Assembly: GCA_050733195.1 (NCBI GenBank)
Contig: JBOHSH010000021.1
Span: 14,387-78,386 of the forward strand
DNA length: 64,000 bases
Reading direction: 5' to 3'
Origin: Gemmatimonadales bacterium
GTDB lineage: Bacteria > Gemmatimonadota > Gemmatimonadetes > Gemmatimonadales > GWC2-71-9
The notes below the pieces were generated by a model, which had not been told where the DNA came from, did no database searches, and saw only the letters and a program-made list of their open reading frames with translations. How positions within the stretch are numbered: the first letter of the stretch is position 1; each line of letters opens with the position of its first letter. The translations under genes and the position numbers were made by a program. Below are positions 59,639-64,000 of this stretch, piece by piece.

Positions 59639-60148
59639 ATGTCCGAGCGTGTAGTGCGCACGGCCCGTCCCGGCTCCGAAGCGGCCAGCGCCCTCGTGCC
59701 CACGCCTGAGCGCGCGTGGCGGATCGCCTGGTGGATGGGGCTCGTTTTCTTCGCGGTCGGGGCCGTCGACCTGCTGCTGGTGTGGTATCCGCCCAACTTC
59801 GGCACGGCGGAGTGGGAGTTCGGGTCCTCGGCCGCCATGCTCAACGGGCTCCCGGTCCCCACGCTGGGCGCGCTGCTGATGACCGCCTCCGCGGTTGCCC
59901 TCGGCTGGTCCTGGTACTTCTGGCCTGGCGTGGCGGTGCTCGTGCTCAGCTTCCTCGCGATCGTGGGCGCGGGCATTCTGTTCGGGACCACGTTCCCGAT
60001 CGCGCTCAAGGCCGTGACCGAGCCGGTACTGCTGACGGGGATCAAGAAAGCTGTCCTGAAATCGTTCCTCCAGGTGGGGCTTTACTCGGTTGCCTATCTC
60101 GGTGCGCTGAAACTGCTGTGGGGGTGGCGACCGAAGCGGGGGAAGTGA
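59639..60148 (+). CDS. Hypothetical integral membrane protein (about 4 TM)
   Basis: The hydrophobic segments IAWWMGLVFFAVGAVDLLLVW, LPVPTLGALLMTASAVALGW, WPGVAVLVLSFLAIVGAGILF and LQVGLYSVAYLGALKLLW. I recognise no family. Confidence 0.6.
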   Translation: MSERVVRTARPGSEAASALVPTPERAWRIAWWMGLVFFAVGAVDLLLVWYPPNFGTAEWEFGSSAAMLNGLPVPTLGALLMTASAVALGWSWYFWPGVAVLVLSFLAIVGAGILFGTTFPIALKAVTEPVLLTGIKKAVLKSFLQVGLYSVAYLGALKLLWGWRPKRGK

Positions 60149-60416
60149 ATCGAACTGCGTGGTGGCTGCGCCATTGTCTGGTGTGGGGGACATGCTACAT
60201 GAGAGCGCGCTAATGGTTGCATCGGAGCCCCGTTCCGCCCCTGGTTGAAGTGGCGTAATCTGTTGATTGGGATGAACTTGACTCTAATCACCGTAACGAC
60301 TCGTTACAGTCGAGATTCTCGACAATTTCGGCCTGACTCTTGCGAACTCCGGACGTGAAGTCGTCTACCCATACTCCGACCTGACCCTCAAGGGTCACTT
60401 CGCCGGAGAAGTTCGT

Positions 60417-61169
60417 ATGAAGCGTGCGCGCTACCTCGTCCTGCTCGGCGCTGTCGCGACAGCTCAGCCCGCGGCGGCCCTCGGCACGGCGACCTGGAAT
60501 CAGATCTGCAGCCAGGCCGGCCTTGGAATCGCCACCTTCGCGACGTGCGCCTCGGCGACCGTGAACGTCGCCGCGAACGGCATGGTGACGATCAACTACT
60601 GGAACCTGGCCGGCCTCAACGGCACCTTCGCCGACGCGATCATGACCGCGATCGGCCTCGAGAACATGCCGGGCATCACCGACATCCGGAACCTCACCGT
60701 GTTCCGGGTCGACGGCTCGACGTTCAGCGGCTGGACCATCGCGGGCGGCGGCGGCGGGATTCCGGGGCCGTCTATCGCTCTGGGTGCGACCACCAGCGGA
60801 ATCGGAGGCGGGGTCGCTAGCGAGTTCCACTCGGGTACTCCCGTCCAGGAGCAGACCGACTTCTCGAGCGGCTTCGGCTCCGGCTTCGTCCAGTTCAACT
60901 TCCAGACGGGGAGCTGCACGGGCAGCGGCAAGGGCCAGGTCTGCGTCTGGGGCATCGACTTCGATCCGAACGTGACCCGACTCGGGCTCCACGTTCAGGG
61001 CGGACCGAACGGGCAGTCGTCCGGGTACTCCTGCGCGCCGACCGGCGTCCAGGACGCGCTCTGTCTCCCGCCGACGGTCATCCCCGAGCCGATGACGCTC
61101 ACGCTGCTGGCGACCGGGCTCGTCGGTCTCGCTGGAGCCGGCTTCATGCGCCGTCGACGGAACAACTGA
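60417..61169 (+). CDS. PEP-CTERM sorting-domain secreted protein
   Basis: Signal peptide MKRARYLVLLGAVATAQPAAALG. The C-terminus VIPEPMTLTLLATGLVGLAGAGFMRRRRNN shows PEP, a TM helix and an Arg cluster. The middle is Gly/Ser-rich. Confidence 0.85.
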   Translation: MKRARYLVLLGAVATAQPAAALGTATWNQICSQAGLGIATFATCASATVNVAANGMVTINYWNLAGLNGTFADAIMTAIGLENMPGITDIRNLTVFRVDGSTFSGWTIAGGGGGIPGPSIALGATTSGIGGGVASEFHSGTPVQEQTDFSSGFGSGFVQFNFQTGSCTGSGKGQVCVWGIDFDPNVTRLGLHVQGGPNGQSSGYSCAPTGVQDALCLPPTVIPEPMTLTLLATGLVGLAGAGFMRRRRNN

Positions 61170-61189
61170 ACACGTCGACCCCGCTCCCC

Positions 61190-61224
61190 CGACGCCCCGC
61201 CCAACGGCGGGGCGTCGTGTTTTT
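61190..61224 (+). terminator. Intrinsic terminator after the PEP-CTERM gene
   Basis: Perfect 12-bp stem CGACGCCCCGCC / GGCGGGGCGTCG with loop CAAC, followed by TGTTTTT. Confidence 0.8.
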
Positions 61225-61310
61225 CCCCCAGTCGTTGCCTCCGACCCACAGCCCTCCCAGATTGTCCCCAGGGTCCCGCAGGACGGCCGCCCCAGTCTTG
61301 GCTCCGGGTG

Positions 61311-61326
61311 CGGCACTGCTCCTGCA
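61311..61326 (+). promoter_or_regulatory. Candidate sigma-54 (-24/-12) promoter
   Basis: CGGCACTGCTCCTGCA against TGGCACG-N4-TTGCW. GGCAC and TGCA are intact and correctly spaced. It lies about 50 nt upstream of the receptor ATG, and its -12 element lies inside the inverted repeat CCTGCAG-N15-CTGCAGG (61321-61349). Confidence 0.35.
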
Positions 61327-61380
61327 GAGTAACCGCCGATCGCTGCAGGACTTCATCGATTCCCCACACGCAGGATGGGT

Positions 61381-64000
61381 ATGACTGGCGTCCGGAAACG
61401 CAGGACATGGGAACGTGCGGGGATGGTCCTCGTCGTCCTGCTCGCGGCACTGGCGACCACCGCGGTGGGGCAGAGCCTCACGGCAGGCACCCTTCGGGGG
61501 AGCGTTCGCACGCTCGAGGGGGGCGGTCTCGGCGGGGTGGTGATCACCCTGGAGCGAGCCGACGGGGGAACGAGCCGGTTCCTCGAGAGTGAGGACGACG
61601 GCTCCTTCGAGCTCCGCATGCTCCAGCCGGGTCAGTACCGCGTGCTGTTCGAGCTCCCCGGCTATCAGCCCGTGCGGCGGACCGGGATCGTGGTCGCCAG
61701 CGGGCGCGTCACGACGGTGTCGGTCTCCCTCGAGCGACGGCCCCCGCCGATCACCGCGCCGACCGAAGTCGACGGCGCCGCCGCGACGAGCGGTGGCCCC
61801 GTTCGTCTGGTGAGCGGCTTCGAGCTCGAGCGCCTCGACTATCGACGGGATGGCACGGACCTCTCGCGCGGCGCCTCGGAAGTGGATCCCGCGCGGGACG
61901 GCCGGAGCGGGTTCGCGCACAGTGCCGGAGGTCTTCCGGGCACGTATTCCCGGCTCTTCGTGGATGGGTTTCCGGAGCTGCTGCTCCGTCATCCCGGGCT
62001 CCCGGCGGAACCGGCCCAGGCTCCCAGCTTCGCCCGGGACGGTCTCGCGCAGGGTCAGATCATCGGCCGTGCGACGGACGCGGAATGGCGTGGGGTGCCG
62101 GGGACGGTGCTCGGACTCGAGACGAAGCGCGGCTCGAACCGCATCCGGTTCTCGCCCTACGCGACCTACAGCGCGGCCGGCATCGGGGGGCGCGGCGTCC
62201 AGAACCCGTCGGACAGCAGCGGCAATTCGTTCCAGGTGGGCGCCAGCCTGGGCGGCTCGCTGGTCCCCGACACCGCGCACTTTCTGCTCCGGGCGGACTA
62301 TCAGTCGCTGATGATCCCCTCGGCCTTCGCCTGGGAGAACGACACGGCGGCGGTCGGCGGCCAGCCCACCTCCATTCGCGAGGCGATTCTGGCCGCCGGT
62401 GACGACACGTTCGGACGGAGTCTCGCCGGGGCGCTGGCGCCTCCGGTACGGACCTGGAAGGGCGGCACGGCTTCGGGCCGGGTCGACTGGCAGATGTCTC
62501 CGCGTCACGGGCTCATGGCGCGCGCCGGATTCGCGAGCTGGAAGGAACGGAACCCGCTGCTCGGTGCCGACCTCTCCGGCGGTATCGGCTCGGCGCTCGA
62601 CGCCCGCGACATCTCCGGCGCCATCGCGGTGACCTCGATGGGATCCCGGGTGGCCAACGAGGTCCGCGCCGGCTTCGCCTCGTCGAGGCGGGACTGGACC
62701 GGACCGGCCATTCCGCTCACGACGTTCGTGGCGGAAGGCGTCGCGATCGGCGGCAGCGGCGCCCTGCCCGCGGCCTTCGACCGCCGCATCGTGTCCGTGA
62801 GTGACGCCTTCCAGTACCGGGGCGGCCGGCACCTGTTGAAGCTCGGCGCCAACGCCGACTTCAACAGTCATGAGCAGGATTACCGGTACGGCGCCGCGGG
62901 CGTCTTCCACTTCGGCGACCTGACCCGATTCGGCCAGGCGGAGGGCACCTGGTTCCAGACCCTTGCGACCGCGCCGTCGACGCGATTCTCGACCGTCGAC
63001 GCCGGCCTCTTCCTTGAAGACACCTGGAGCGTCGCGCCCGGCGTCCAGCTGCTCCTCGGTCTCCGCTACGAGACGCAATCGCTGCCGGAGAACCGGATCA
63101 CCCTGAACCAGGACTGGCTCGACGCGTCGGGCCTCCGGAACGACTCGATCCCGCGCGACCGCCGCGGTGTCTCACCCCGCGTCGGATTCAGCTGGGACGT
63201 GCAGGAGCGAGGCGAGTGGATGGTGCAGGGGAGCGGCGGGCTCTACTACAGCGGCCTCGACCTCGCGACCTTCGCCGAGGCCGTCCTTCACGATGGGGGC
63301 GTCACCGTTCGCCGCGGCCAGGGGACGTTCACGGGCTGGCCGTCCTCTTCCGGCGGGCCGGTGCAGGACGCGGGCGCGCGCCTCACGATGTTCACCAGCT
63401 CCTATCGGGCGCCCCGCACGCTCAAGGGGGAGCTCGGCGTCACCCGGGCGGCCGGTGGCCTGCTCGTGCGGGTGGGCGGCAGCTACAACCACACCGACTA
63501 TCTGCTCCGGCGCAACGATCTCAACCGCCCGGGCGATCCGCTCGCCACGACGCAGGAAGGCCGGCCCGTCTACGGCCTGCTCGCCAAGCAGGGCGGGCTG
63601 GTGGCCCCGGTCCCGGAGTCGAACCGCCGGTTCACCGATTTCGACATGGTCTCGGCGCTCACGCCCACGGGCTTCTCCGACCATTACGAGCTGACGGCCG
63701 CCGTGGAGCGGCGCGTCGTCCGTGCGGTTTCGGTGATCGCCTCCTATACGTACTCCCGCACCCGGGACAATCTGGTTGGTGCGCTCGCGCAGGACCCCGC
63801 GGATCAGCTCTCCCCGTTCCCGACCGGCCTCGACGGAGCCGACTGGGACGAAGGACGCTCCGACCTCGACGTGCCTCACCGGCTCGCCGGGACCATCACT
63901 TACCATGGCGAAGGGCGTACCCCGATCACCCTCGGCGCGCGTGCCCGCTGGCGCTCGGGCCTGCCGTTCACGCCGGGCTTCCGCCCCGGTGTGGACCTGA
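61381..64000 (+). CDS. Outer-membrane receptor-like beta-barrel with N-terminal carboxypeptidase-regulatory-like domain (TonB-dependent-receptor-like); 3' end beyond the window
   Basis: Open-ended, so absent from the ORF track. I translated the frame by hand from 61381 to 63999 and found no stop. MTGVRKRRTWERAGMVLVVLLAALATTAVGQ (signal peptide), GTLRGSVRT..GGGLGGVVITLER.....DGSFELRMLQPGQYRVLFELPGYQP (CarboxypepD_reg pattern), then beta-rich sequence (LGLRYETQS, SPRVGFSWDV). An alternative ATG lies at 61375. Confidence 0.75.
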   Translation, partial: MTGVRKRRTWERAGMVLVVLLAALATTAVGQSLTAGTLRGSVRTLEGGGLGGVVITLERADGGTSRFLESEDDGSFELRMLQPGQYRVLFELPGYQPVRRTGIVVASGRVTTVSVSLERRPPPITAPTEVDGAAATSGGPVRLVSGFELERLDYRRDGTDLSRGASEVDPARDGRSGFAHSAGGLPGTYSRLFVDGFPELLLRHPGLPAEPAQAPSFARDGLAQGQIIGRATDAEWRGVPGTVLGLETKRGSNRIRFSPYATYSAAGIGGRGVQNPSDSSGNSFQVGASLGGSLVPDTAHFLLRADYQSLMIPSAFAWENDTAAVGGQPTSIREAILAAGDDTFGRSLAGALAPPVRTWKGGTASGRVDWQMSPRHGLMARAGFASWKERNPLLGADLSGGIGSALDARDISGAIAVTSMGSRVANEVRAGFASSRRDWTGPAIPLTTFVAEGVAIGGSGALPAAFDRRIVSVSDAFQYRGGRHLLKLGANADFNSHEQDYRYGAAGVFHFGDLTRFGQAEGTWFQTLATAPSTRFSTVDAGLFLEDTWSVAPGVQLLLGLRYETQSLPENRITLNQDWLDASGLRNDSIPRDRRGVSPRVGFSWDVQERGEWMVQGSGGLYYSGLDLATFAEAVLHDGGVTVRRGQGTFTGWPSSSGGPVQDAGARLTMFTSSYRAPRTLKGELGVTRAAGGLLVRVGGSYNHTDYLLRRNDLNRPGDPLATTQEGRPVYGLLAKQGGLVAPVPESNRRFTDFDMVSALTPTGFSDHYELTAAVERRVVRAVSVIASYTYSRTRDNLVGALAQDPADQLSPFPTGLDGADWDEGRSDLDVPHRLAGTITYHGEGRTPITLGARARWRSGLPFTPGFRPGVDL

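Noticed and set aside
60163-60178. Sigma-54-like motif TGGCTGCGCCATTGTC, and a similar CGGAAATAGATTTGCAT at 9267-9283
   Set aside because: The first has GT instead of the near-invariant GC at -12 and lies 240 nt from the next ATG. The second has only GG at -24 and would place the start inside the annotated tamA 5' end. Both are weaker than the two candidates reported.
60094-60291. 65-aa minus-strand ORF in the low-GC spacer
   Set aside because: It has no start context, atypical composition (His/Pro/Arg-rich), and overlaps the end of the membrane-protein gene. It is more likely non-coding regulatory DNA.
61144-63906. Minus-strand ORFs 61144..63078 (644 aa) and 63172..63906 (244 aa)
   Set aside because: They are antisense to a stop-free plus-strand frame (61381 to the window end). 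That frame carries a signal peptide and a CarboxypepD_reg-like domain. The minus-strand translations are Arg/Gly/Pro-rich shadows.

Overview
Very GC-rich, gene-dense chromosomal segment (GC judged by eye, not computed). I call about 66 protein genes. I found no rRNA, tRNA, transposase, integrase or CRISPR. The long Arg/Pro/Gly-rich ORFs in the track are mostly antisense or off-frame shadows of real genes. The compact RpoD-like sigma factor, the CarboxypepD_reg-type outer-membrane receptor and the PEP-CTERM protein suggest an FCB-group lineage such as Gemmatimonadota; this is inference only.

Gene content, left to right:
- GlcD-like oxidase (partial), Lon-N-domain protein, rpoD-like sigma factor, aroB, PduO-type adenosyltransferase, TrxR-like ferredoxin-NADP reductase.
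- Peptide SBP, DppB-like permease and PBP4 operon.
- A + strand run of 9 genes: tamA, tamB, lipid kinase, degenerate sigma-54 activator, Zn-ribbon protein, SH3/NlpC-P60, HAD hydrolase, hypothetical protein, acpS.
- Cytochrome c-FTR1 iron permease.
- A 16-kb minus-strand block: GT9, hypothetical, yebC, ruvC, ruvA, Zn-ribbon protein, ruvB, queA, tgt, yajC, def, fmt, thiE, thiS, thiG, rsmB, PASTA-only protein, rpe, tlpA, tsaD, lgt.
- An msbA plus six-glycosyltransferase envelope-glycan cluster.
- Patatin-ferredoxin fusion, orphan DppC-like permease, mscL, tyrS, PBP1A, amidohydrolase, HNH endonuclease.
- A translationally coupled module: histidine kinase, sigma-54 response regulator, POTRA-less Omp85 with a bactofilin-like N-terminus, DUF4390-like protein.
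- Next to that module: a membrane protein, a PEP-CTERM protein and a partial TonB-receptor-like barrel.

The most unusual signal is not a gene. It is a family of short-period tandem arrays:
- Heptamers: GGGTTCT/AGAACYC, GTTGACG, GGTNACC.
- Octamers: GACGGCCG, GCTCCCTA.
- They fill whole intergenic spacers, often as inverted arms around unrelated cores.
- Several carry G-quadruplex motifs and frame-independent stop codons.
- Twice they lie inside coding sequence: the signal peptide of the Omp85 gene and an insertion in the amidohydrolase.
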